From positions 1-64,000 of the IMG/VR virus record IMGVR_UViG_3300033149_002227: a stretch of 64,000 nt of DNA; one strand, written 5' to 3'. This document shows positions 56,154 through 64,000 of this stretch, piece after piece. The translations under genes and the position numbers were made by a program. How positions within the stretch are numbered: the stretch's first letter is position 1; each line of letters starts with the position of its first letter. Source of the DNA: an uncultured virus (IMG/VR IMGVR_UViG_3300033149_002227) (lineage: Duplodnaviria > Heunggongvirae > Uroviricota > Caudoviricetes). A model generated the notes under the pieces. That model saw only the letters and a program-made list of their open reading frames with translations, was not told where the DNA came from and did not search any database.

Positions 56154-57500
56154 ATGAAAACGATTCCAATAGGACCATCAATAGTGATGATGGTCGGTCC
56201 TTCTGGGGCTGGCAAGAGTACATTGATAGAAAGGCACTTCAACTCGCGTGAAGTCATTTCTACCGATGCTCTGCGCGTGGAATTTACCGGCGACAAGCGT
56301 CGGCAAGATAAGGACGATGAGGTGCTGGCCGAGGTCAGTCGCCGTGTCGAAGCGAAAATTAATGTCGGGCAGCGCGTTGTTATCGACGCCACCCACGTGC
56401 GCGACCAAGATCGTCGCCGCTCACTCGAACTCGGACTGATGCTGGATGTCCCAATAACCTACTTGGTGGTGAACCGGTCGGTTGAATCCAAAATGCAAAA
56501 AGCAGGTTGGAGAAAGGACATTTACGTTAAGAAGCTCACTAGCGGAAAACTTGTTAGCCTCATCGAGGCACACGAAGATACCTTCGTAGCCAACGAACAC
56601 AAAATTCTTGCCGGTGACAGTCAAGGTAAGAAAGTCACGGTTATCGATACTCGCGTGGAAGAGTTCAAAGTCGCCCGCGAACTATCACGGGAAAATCCGG
56701 TTGAACAGTTGATATCGAGTGGTTTCAATCGCGTGCGTGTCGTCGCTGACGTGCACGGAAATCTGGAATCATTTCGTAAGGCTATCGACGTACCCGAGGA
56801 CACCTTCCTGTTGTTTTTGGGAGACCTATTGGACTACGATGTCCGTGGTATCCAGATTGTAGAACGTGTGTACAAAATGGTTCAAGAAGGCCGTGCTATC
56901 ACTCTTCGTGGTAATCACGAACGGAAGATTGCGAACTGGGTTGTCAAGGAGCGTGGTAACGGTTTCGAAGGGAGTATCACTTCCGGCAACGACTTCACTG
57001 TTAATATGGTTAAGGCTATGACGCCAGCGCGTCGTGCTTTGTGGGAACGAAGGTTCCTAGCTCTGGTTGACCTGTCTCCTGATTGGATACAACTGGATCG
57101 GTTTCTATTCGTTCACGGTGCAGCACACCGCTCTATTTGGGATGATACATTATTCCGTGCAGAGGAAGAATCGAAGCGTATGGCCATGGCCATGTTCGGT
57201 GAGTCCACAGGCAAGACCATCGGCGGTTACCCTGAGCGGTTGTACAACTGGGTTGATGATATTCCCACCCGACACACCGCTGTCGTTGGGCATGCCGTAC
57301 TGTCAACCGAGGAGCCATTAACCAAAACCAATGACAAGGGTGGTAAGGCTATTTTCCTTGACACTGGTTCCTCGAAGGACATAGATGACTTCGGTCGCGG
57401 TCCTGCTGTTCGTGGACACCTGTCATGGATGGAACTGAGCATTGGGGCTTTGTCACGCAATGGCAGCTATGTGGTGTTCGATGCATTTGGTCGGGACTGA
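56154..57500 (+). CDS. polynucleotide kinase-phosphatase (Pnkp-like: P-loop kinase plus calcineurin-like phosphoesterase, no ligase module)
   Basis: GPSGAGKST, STDALR, DAT; DVHG, GDLLD, GNHE, VHGA, VGH, LDTG. Confidence 0.88.
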   Translation: MKTIPIGPSIVMMVGPSGAGKSTLIERHFNSREVISTDALRVEFTGDKRRQDKDDEVLAEVSRRVEAKINVGQRVVIDATHVRDQDRRRSLELGLMLDVPITYLVVNRSVESKMQKAGWRKDIYVKKLTSGKLVSLIEAHEDTFVANEHKILAGDSQGKKVTVIDTRVEEFKVARELSRENPVEQLISSGFNRVRVVADVHGNLESFRKAIDVPEDTFLLFLGDLLDYDVRGIQIVERVYKMVQEGRAITLRGNHERKIANWVVKERGNGFEGSITSGNDFTVNMVKAMTPARRALWERRFLALVDLSPDWIQLDRFLFVHGAAHRSIWDDTLFRAEEESKRMAMAMFGESTGKTIGGYPERLYNWVDDIPTRHTAVVGHAVLSTEEPLTKTNDKGGKAIFLDTGSSKDIDDFGRGPAVRGHLSWMELSIGALSRNGSYVVFDAFGRD

Positions 57501-57846
57501 AAAACCACACAACCAACGTCGCGTATGGTTTGCATACGCGATGTTGGTTTTAATGAACATCATCGACGTGGTGTTCACCCGCACAGCCCTCTTCGTGAAC
57601 ACCACTGAAGCCAATCCCGTTATGAACCACATGTACCAGAACTTCGGTATATGGGGTATAATTGCCGTGAAGATATTTTTCCTGACATTACTCGGATTCA
57701 CGATTAAACACCTCCCACAACTACATGCAGGTTACCGAACAGTATTTTATTGCGCAGTTGGAATCTACGGATTACTGGCTGCTTACCACGCATACTGGTT
57801 ATTCGGAATAGACCCCCGATGGATAAGTAATATACACTTTGGATAA
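57481..57846 (+). CDS. DUF5658-like membrane protein
   Basis: D...T...EANP motif with three hydrophobic helices; start uncertain. Confidence 0.7.
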   Translation: MHLVGTEKPHNQRRVWFAYAMLVLMNIIDVVFTRTALFVNTTEANPVMNHMYQNFGIWGIIAVKIFFLTLLGFTIKHLPQLHAGYRTVFYCAVGIYGLLAAYHAYWLFGIDPRWISNIHFG

Positions 57847-57861
57847 TTGGAGAAATTAATT

Positions 57862-59487
57862 ATGCTACGTACAAAATCATCAAGTTGGTTCATTCCATTC
57901 TGCTTTGTCGGAGCGTTGATAGGTATAATTCTCACGACCGGTCACTCTCCTGCCGCCCAACTCCGCTACGACACCAGTTCTCAACTGAATTACGGCGAAC
58001 AATTCCAACGGGTACTCGATGCAATACGTGGCAATAGCGTTAATGCCGAGGCAGTAAAATCAGAGGAAGATTTATTCAATATTGCCGTCGATGCCATTTT
58101 GGAAAAAATTGGTGATAAGCACGGAAGATATTTTTCCGCTGAAGAATACCAACGGTTACAAGGCGACCTTCGACCTGCAAATTATACCGGTGTGGGGATT
58201 CAAATTGCTCCCGGCGCAGGTGGTGCCATTATTCTCAACATATTTGACAATTCTCCATTGCATAACATGGGCGTTAGAGTAGGTGATTTAATCACCGCTG
58301 CTGGTTCTCTGGGTGAACCGATGGTTGAATACGATCCAGAAGACCTGATGGTAATCGTAACCGCAATTAAAGGACGGGCAGGGACGGATGTTATATTAAA
58401 CACCAGACGTGGAACTCGGAACCTTCCGCCTATTACTGTTCCACGAATACAGACTAGAAATCAATACGTGTATATGAAACGTTCCGAGACCGGAGTTCTC
58501 ACAATACGAGTGACACAGTTTTCCGGTTCAGTCATCGGTGATATCAAATCTATGCTATCAGATCGAGGGTGGTTAGGTAGAAACGACGTGCTGGATACGA
58601 GTATTATCAAAGGTGTGGTTTTGGATTTGCGGGGTAATCCCGGTGGTATATTGGGTCAAGCGGTATACGTTAGTGATTTGTTTCTCCCAAAGGACGTATC
58701 AGCAGTTCGCGTCATCGAGCGCCCCGAAGTTGAAGGCGGACCGGCTATGGCGTATAATTACCTAACTGCTGACGAAAGAATGTTCCCTGTTGATATTCCA
58801 CGAGTAATATTGATAAACGGCGGTTCGGCGTCTGCATCGGAAATCGTTGCCGGAGCAGTACAAACACATGCCGAAGGTCTCATCATGGGTATTAAATCCT
58901 ACGGTAAAGGTTCGGTGCAAACTGTCATTGATTTGCCCGGAGGAACCGGCATTAAAACCACCTCGGCTATCTACTTTGCGGGTGGCACCATGGAAATCGA
59001 TGGTATCGGAGTAATGCCTGATGCTGTAGTTCTTCAACCCGACCCTATCGGACTGAGTGCCGACGACAAGAGTTTCAATGGTCACCTTATAAAGATTTCA
59101 ATGGACCCCGAAATGGATCACCAATTGAATGTGGCTCATACTTACATCAATGCATTTATCAGTGGTGAGCATGTATTGGACGTACCGGAATCACGACAGG
59201 CTGCGGAAAACAAAGCACACGGTGCTGAAACCAAACTCATAAACATTTGCGACCAACGGGGACTTCGGGGTTGTCCACCAGTGGATATCACATTATTCGA
59301 AAACATTGATCACGGTTCGTTTTTATCAGATACGGATGCTGCGGGTTGGATGTGTTACCCAGACGAAGGAGAAACCGAGTGGGACGACATGTCATTTCTG
59401 GATGGCTACGGCATAAGTGATTTATTCAGCCTTTCTTTATCGGGCCAAATGTGTCCAAATGACGAAATAACATTTACGTTGGAATAA
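57862..59487 (+). CDS. ctpA: S41 carboxyl-terminal processing protease (CtpA-like) with PDZ domain
   Basis: N-terminal hydrophobic signal/anchor, GVGIQI PDZ, LDLRGNPGG, SASASEI (Ser), SYGKGSVQ (Lys), GVMPD. Confidence 0.92.
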   Translation: MLRTKSSSWFIPFCFVGALIGIILTTGHSPAAQLRYDTSSQLNYGEQFQRVLDAIRGNSVNAEAVKSEEDLFNIAVDAILEKIGDKHGRYFSAEEYQRLQGDLRPANYTGVGIQIAPGAGGAIILNIFDNSPLHNMGVRVGDLITAAGSLGEPMVEYDPEDLMVIVTAIKGRAGTDVILNTRRGTRNLPPITVPRIQTRNQYVYMKRSETGVLTIRVTQFSGSVIGDIKSMLSDRGWLGRNDVLDTSIIKGVVLDLRGNPGGILGQAVYVSDLFLPKDVSAVRVIERPEVEGGPAMAYNYLTADERMFPVDIPRVILINGGSASASEIVAGAVQTHAEGLIMGIKSYGKGSVQTVIDLPGGTGIKTTSAIYFAGGTMEIDGIGVMPDAVVLQPDPIGLSADDKSFNGHLIKISMDPEMDHQLNVAHTYINAFISGEHVLDVPESRQAAENKAHGAETKLINICDQRGLRGCPPVDITLFENIDHGSFLSDTDAAGWMCYPDEGETEWDDMSFLDGYGISDLFSLSLSGQMCPNDEITFTLE

Positions 59488-60221
59488 TGTCGAAGTTCCC
59501 AACAATCAAGACAATCGACGACGTACTGCCGTTCGTCAAGCATCACGAAGAGTTCACCGTGACTGAACATCAATGGGGTATATCAATTGATTACCAGACA
59601 CCAGATGTAACCACGTTCAATACCCCACAGGCGAGAGAATGTCGCGGCATAAAATTCCGCTTGGACGGTAGTCTTCTAGCTCGCCCTTATCACAAGTTCT
59701 TCAATATCGGTGGTTCGCGAATGCGCACTGAAGCATTGATTGCGTCAGGGCGCTTCGACAACAAACACACTATCCTCTATATGCCGCATGGCTCGATGAT
59801 TCACCCAATCGTTCATAATGACACGGTGTTCTTTTGCACCCGCTCGGGGATCACTGACGTAGCTGAGCAAGCACTCAGGTTTGTCACGCCTGTCCACGAC
59901 TCACAGAACGCCGGACCGTGGTGTACGGATTTCTGCTATGATTTGGCAAAATCAAATCTCACAGCAATTTTTGAATGGTGCCCCCAAGTTGAACCCGTTC
60001 AAAAATATCCAGCAAACAGGCTAGTACTGACCGCTATCCGTACAAATCAAACTGGGGAATACCTCAGCTATGACAGCATGCGAGCACTAGCCGGTTCGTA
60101 CTATATTCCTATGATCGGTTCCTTCGATGGCGACTGGACAGACGTTGCGAAAAATGAAAGTTATGTCATTCGGTGGAATGATGGTATGATGGGTAAACTC
60201 AGAAATAATCGCGGAAAATGA
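59487..60221 (+). CDS. T4 Rnl1-like RNA ligase homolog with degenerate active site
   Basis: RECRGIKF...ARPYHKFFN, TRSG, AIFEW, LVLTAIR; motif I reads YMPHGS instead of EKxDGS. Confidence 0.8.
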   Translation: MSKFPTIKTIDDVLPFVKHHEEFTVTEHQWGISIDYQTPDVTTFNTPQARECRGIKFRLDGSLLARPYHKFFNIGGSRMRTEALIASGRFDNKHTILYMPHGSMIHPIVHNDTVFFCTRSGITDVAEQALRFVTPVHDSQNAGPWCTDFCYDLAKSNLTAIFEWCPQVEPVQKYPANRLVLTAIRTNQTGEYLSYDSMRALAGSYYIPMIGSFDGDWTDVAKNESYVIRWNDGMMGKLRNNRGK

Positions 60222-60222
60222 T

Positions 60223-60471
60223 ATGGATTTAAGCAATTACGGAGAAGATATTTTGACTGCTGATGGGTTGGACGATGCCATAATCGGTGTCGGTACCCGA
60301 TGTGGTCAACCACCCATTGCAGTGTACGATGTATCGAAGGTGCTTGACATTCTCGTGGATCGCGACGGCATGACATATGAAGAAGCTGAAGAATACTTCG
60401 GTTTCAATATCGAAGGAGCGTGGGTCGGGGGACAAACCCCAATCTGGCTTCGCGTACCAGAGCAAGACTAA
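60223..60471 (+). CDS. conserved small phage protein
   Basis: ADGLDDAIIG...VYD...GMTYEEAEEYFGFNIEGAWVG..TP, a recurrent phage hypothetical pattern. Confidence 0.8.
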   Translation: MDLSNYGEDILTADGLDDAIIGVGTRCGQPPIAVYDVSKVLDILVDRDGMTYEEAEEYFGFNIEGAWVGGQTPIWLRVPEQD

Positions 60472-60488
60472 CTCACTAGGAGAAAGAA

Positions 60489-60680
60489 ATGAACTACGAC
60501 GACCACGAAGATTTTAACAAGCATAGATTACCACATGAAGCAACGAAAGAATTCGCGAATGCTCGTGCCGCAGTGTACGACAACGCCAATGCAGTTTTTG
60601 CTGGCGGCACCCGAGATGGTATTGCTGCCCTCGTATTGGGTGGTACACTTTATCTAATAGCTAGTGCCTTACTTCTGTAA
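60489..60680 (+). CDS. small protein with C-terminal TM helix
   Basis: AGGAG RBS, 63 aa. Confidence 0.7.
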   Translation: MNYDDHEDFNKHRLPHEATKEFANARAAVYDNANAVFAGGTRDGIAALVLGGTLYLIASALLL

Positions 60681-61048
60681 TGAATACTGATATATTGATG
60701 ACATCCATATGCATCGTTTTGGCTATGGTGGCGATATATGTGATCCTCATCAGGAAGCATGCATCCAAAGATGAACGTGCCCGCGTCGAACGAACGTTGT
60801 ATGCATCAGCCGGTGAAATTGTTACGTGCCTGAACGGACATGAGATATGTGAGTTGGCTAAGGATATTTTTGTAGCTGACTTAATCAGTGTTAGTCAGTT
60901 CAAAAACTGGCGTCACCAACCACAGCCACAGCCGCATGATCCAATAACACCGTGTATGGTATGTAGAGCGCCCTATGTTAACTCAACTACAGCGTATGGT
61001 GGAACACAGTTGCACATCGATGGCGAGTGGAGAACCACCCGCTCTTAA
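60680..61048 (+). CDS. membrane-anchored Cys/His (zinc-binding-like) protein
   Basis: N-terminal TM, CLNGH..C and CMVC. Confidence 0.7.
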   Translation: MNTDILMTSICIVLAMVAIYVILIRKHASKDERARVERTLYASAGEIVTCLNGHEICELAKDIFVADLISVSQFKNWRHQPQPQPHDPITPCMVCRAPYVNSTTAYGGTQLHIDGEWRTTRS

Positions 61049-61917
61049 AGTCCTGCGTTGTAATGTGCAAGGATTCGGGCATCGGGTAGCATGTAGTTGT
61101 AGATAGCTATGTTATCGTACTGGCCATCCGTCCGCGAAAAACTATCAAACGATGTATAACCAACTCTGAAAAATGTTTGGTTACCACCCCCATTATAACC
61201 AGTGGCGTAACCCACAGTATCATATTCTACCCCATCGATCCAGAATGTAATCGTTTTCGCTAATCCGTTCCGTGTGGTAACAATATGATGAACGGTGTTG
61301 AGTGATAACTGCGCCGTCGCCGATGTCGTGACTATTGGCGAGCGAACATTGATTTCGTGATAGGCTCCGAGATGACCGGTGGAATTCACCGTTAAACTCC
61401 ATAAGGCATTGTATTGAGCCTGTGGTAGGTTCGTCTGTGTACCACAGTGCACTATATGGTTCCGATCATTCAATGCACCACTTCCGCCACTAAAAGTATC
61501 CAACTTAACCCAACATTCAATGCTCATGTAGCTTATTAACTGCAAGAGATTTTGACCAGTCTGAATCAGGTGCCCTCCATTGTAGGTGGTGGGTGGGACG
61601 ATATCTGCATTTGCTCCGGGAAAATCATATACTCCTCCCCCATCATTGACCAATCCGGGGAGGCCGTTAGGACCAGCACCGGGAAGAAGAGGTGGTGAAG
61701 GATTACCAGAAGTGAGCCGTGCATCAAATCCTGTACTCCGCTCGTGACCGGTCACTTGAGCTATGAATGCATTAGGTCCAGAATCAGTCGTAAATGTACC
61801 GCCAATGCCCCACGCATCGTTCAATTCGTAAAAGACGACAGGATTATCAGCAAGCACCTCGTCAGAAGCCGAGATCGTAGGCTGATTGACCATATGCGCT
61901 GTGATGCCCGCGTGCAT
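61045..61917 (-). CDS. LamG/concanavalin-A-like lectin domain virion protein
   Basis: PVVFYELND, SIECWVK, HHIVTTR...FWIDG, GQYDNIAIYNY; TAATG overlap with the upstream fibre gene. Confidence 0.82.
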   Translation of the reverse strand: MHAGITAHMVNQPTISASDEVLADNPVVFYELNDAWGIGGTFTTDSGPNAFIAQVTGHERSTGFDARLTSGNPSPPLLPGAGPNGLPGLVNDGGGVYDFPGANADIVPPTTYNGGHLIQTGQNLLQLISYMSIECWVKLDTFSGGSGALNDRNHIVHCGTQTNLPQAQYNALWSLTVNSTGHLGAYHEINVRSPIVTTSATAQLSLNTVHHIVTTRNGLAKTITFWIDGVEYDTVGYATGYNGGGNQTFFRVGYTSFDSFSRTDGQYDNIAIYNYMLPDARILAHYNAGL

Positions 61918-63821
61918 TATACAGGCACCAAGTTGCCGAACAATGTCCAAGTAGTGGTGGTCACTTTAAGAGCCGTTGCTACTGCATATTGCCCGTTCAA
62001 TACTAGAGTTAAGTTTGCATTAACATTTAGCGTATCGGTGTCTATTGCTACCGTTGTTGCTCCCGCTCCCAGTTGTTGAAAATGGATTTCTGTTCCTATA
62101 GGATATGCAACAGAAGCATTGGATGGAAGTGTCACTGTGTTTGCACCTGCATTGTCCATTGTAACCATTTTACCAGAGTGTCCCAATGTAAACGCACCGG
62201 GTCCATATGACACTCCTGTTTGTATTTCGAATTCAAGTTTTGCGTCTATACCACCATTCACAACTAGCGTAGACCCATCCCATGTGAAGTTCGGGTCACC
62301 TTCGAGTGTTCCGTCACCGGTCCATACACCGATCTGATTATTAACAGGGGTGCCTACCTTTATTACATCACCAGCACCCGCGATGGTCTGCCATGTTGCA
62401 GTGGTTGCACTAGTGGCTACTAGAGTCTGCCCGATTGTTGGGGGTATTGCTGCGTCCACATTTACGTCTGCACCAGTAGTGGCTAGGTCGGAGGCTGCAC
62501 CGACATCCTGCCATGTTGCAGTGGTTGCACTAGTGGCTATTAGAAACTGTCCGATTGTTGGGGGTGCGGCGAGGTCTATGTTTACGTCTGCACCACTCGT
62601 GGCTAGGTCGGAAGCCGCAGCGCCACTAGCTGTGAGATCGATACCATTCCAAGTAATAGTACCGCCATCGTTATATAATTTGTCTGTTGTAACAGTTGGG
62701 GCTGTTTGGGAAGGAATAACAATAGCACCGGAAGAACCACCACCAGCACCAGCGCCCGGGGTTAGTGTCACGTTACCACCAGCCGCTATTCCGAGTGCAT
62801 CACCAGCAGTCACGTTAACGTCACCACCGACACCACTCAATTGCGGTAGACCGCCGAGGATGTTAACGTCACCACCACCACCAGTACCAGTACCACCAGC
62901 ACCACCGATAACAGACGCAGCACCACCAGCACCGTTGGAAGTATCACCTTCACCACCGGTTATGGAGATCGCACCACCAGTATTTGCGGCACCAACGCCA
63001 GCACCGGCAGTCAATGAAATTGGGGCACCGTCGGCGGCAACAGAAGCACCGGGGTTGATTATTACTTCACCACCAATACCTGTTGTGGAGTCACCACCAG
63101 TAATCGCAACTGCACCACCAGCGGCGGCAGTACCAACACCACCTGTAATGGATACGCTACCACCAACATTACCAGTACCAGAATCACCAGCACCGATGGA
63201 CACAAGTCCACCCAGTCCGATTGCAGCATCACCAGCAGCAAGAACAACACTACCACCAATACCAGCAGCAGCACCACCAGCACCAGCAGTCAAGCCGATA
63301 TCACCGCCGTTACCATTGGTACCACCATCACCGGTTACGAAGTTCATAGTACCACCAGCGGCGGCTATGTTGCCGTCACCAGTTGTGACCGTGAACCCGA
63401 CACCAGTATTACCGGCATTGCCAGTAGGGGTTTCGATATCGAATCCCGCAGTGGACCAATTGAGAACAGAAGCGGGCACAACATAGGTGCCAGAGTTATC
63501 ACCCATGGTGAATGCGATAATGTTATCATCGACACCCGTGAAGTTTTCGACATAAATTTGGGTGTTGAGATCGGCGTCTTCTAGTTTGGACAGTACGACA
63601 CCACTAACACCAGCTAGGATAGCCCAACCACCACTGTATATTTCGAAGTCACCAAAGTCAGTGTTGTACCGCATCATGCCATTGGTTGGTGAGGCAGGGC
63701 GTTGAGCCGTGCCACCAACTGGGATGGTCATCGAGGTAGTCCCGGGCAATTCAACGAGAGTTTCACCCGAGGCTGCAATAGTAGGCCAGAGTGTATCTCT
63801 CCAGTGGTTTTCTTGTGTCAT
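61917..63821 (-). CDS. glycine-rich tail fibre protein
   Basis: IPVGGTAQRP...GMMRYN, about 14 GG.V.ITAG repeats, C-terminal TLP......PIGTEI domain; late promoter TAAATA at 63846-63851. Confidence 0.82.
   Translation of the reverse strand: MTQENHWRDTLWPTIAASGETLVELPGTTSMTIPVGGTAQRPASPTNGMMRYNTDFGDFEIYSGGWAILAGVSGVVLSKLEDADLNTQIYVENFTGVDDNIIAFTMGDNSGTYVVPASVLNWSTAGFDIETPTGNAGNTGVGFTVTTGDGNIAAAGGTMNFVTGDGGTNGNGGDIGLTAGAGGAAAGIGGSVVLAAGDAAIGLGGLVSIGAGDSGTGNVGGSVSITGGVGTAAAGGAVAITGGDSTTGIGGEVIINPGASVAADGAPISLTAGAGVGAANTGGAISITGGEGDTSNGAGGAASVIGGAGGTGTGGGGDVNILGGLPQLSGVGGDVNVTAGDALGIAAGGNVTLTPGAGAGGGSSGAIVIPSQTAPTVTTDKLYNDGGTITWNGIDLTASGAAASDLATSGADVNIDLAAPPTIGQFLIATSATTATWQDVGAASDLATTGADVNVDAAIPPTIGQTLVATSATTATWQTIAGAGDVIKVGTPVNNQIGVWTGDGTLEGDPNFTWDGSTLVVNGGIDAKLEFEIQTGVSYGPGAFTLGHSGKMVTMDNAGANTVTLPSNASVAYPIGTEIHFQQLGAGATTVAIDTDTLNVNANLTLVLNGQYAVATALKVTTTTWTLFGNLVPV
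62388..62622 (-). repeat. imperfect 120-bp in-frame duplication (40 aa)
   Basis: AASDLAT.GADVN.D.A.PPTIGQ.L.ATSATTATWQ occurs twice. Confidence 0.9.
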
Positions 63822-63875
63822 GATTCATTCCTGTCAATGCTGTAGTATTTACTCATACTTAACACGTTAGCAAGA

Positions 63876-64000
63876 TTAGGCATTTGCCAGAATACCAAAA
63901 CAAACACGAGCCAATGTAGAACCCGTATCAGGGGTGGTGTATGTCATTATGAGTTCATCACCTGCGCTAAGGACTAGTGGACCGAGAGCCGCCACGACAC
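63876..64000 (-). CDS. 3' end of a gene starting beyond the window (structural-like)
   Basis: Open frame ...VVAALGPLVLSAGDELIMTYTTPDTGSTLARVCFGILANA*. Confidence 0.6.
   Translation of the reverse strand, partial: VVAALGPLVLSAGDELIMTYTTPDTGSTLARVCFGILANA

Noticed and set aside
56041..56223. 61-aa N-terminal extension of dCMP deaminase in the ORF track
   Set aside because: It overlaps two promoters and the Pnkp start; the family-like sequence begins at MDRPSW.
62388..62622. Possible DGR template/variable repeat pair
   Set aside because: Both copies are in-frame and adjacent, mismatches are not restricted to adenines, and there is no reverse transcriptase in the window.
62350..63486. 378-aa Pro/Ala-rich plus-strand ORF
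   Set aside because: Antisense shadow of the GGT/GCT-rich tail fibre; no RBS or promoter.
1..64000. Genome-wide stop-codon reassignment
   Set aside because: Long genes are uninterrupted in code 11, and TAG and TGA both end genes at sensible operon boundaries.

Overview
This window is from a large T4-like (myovirus, jumbo-phage-type) genome using the standard code. The host is probably an alphaproteobacterium (inferred from an RpoH-like sigma factor and CTTGAC-N17-CTATAT-type promoters). In order it holds: a SprT-like metallopeptidase, gp46/gp47 recombination nuclease, gp55 late sigma factor, baseplate genes (gp53, hub, gp5-lysozyme, gp25, gp6) interrupted by an RpoH-like sigma gene, and a tRNA-like gene with a 135-nt insertion in its anticodon loop. 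Next come a 3409-aa virion protein and tail/fibre genes, then a ~18-kb modification cluster (4 glycosyltransferases, 2 radical SAM, methyltransferase, GNATs, PP-loop protein, sulfotransferase, ATP-grasp, four 2OG-Fe(II) oxygenases, fatty-acid desaturase). The window ends with dCMP deaminase, Pnkp, CtpA protease, a degenerate RNA ligase and more fibre genes. Main observations: the inserted tRNA-like RNA and the amber-interrupted gene directly downstream of it; a candidate three-tier sigma cascade; convergent transcription units that share TTAA stop codons; and the modification cluster. All family assignments come from motifs read by eye, and no database searches were run.
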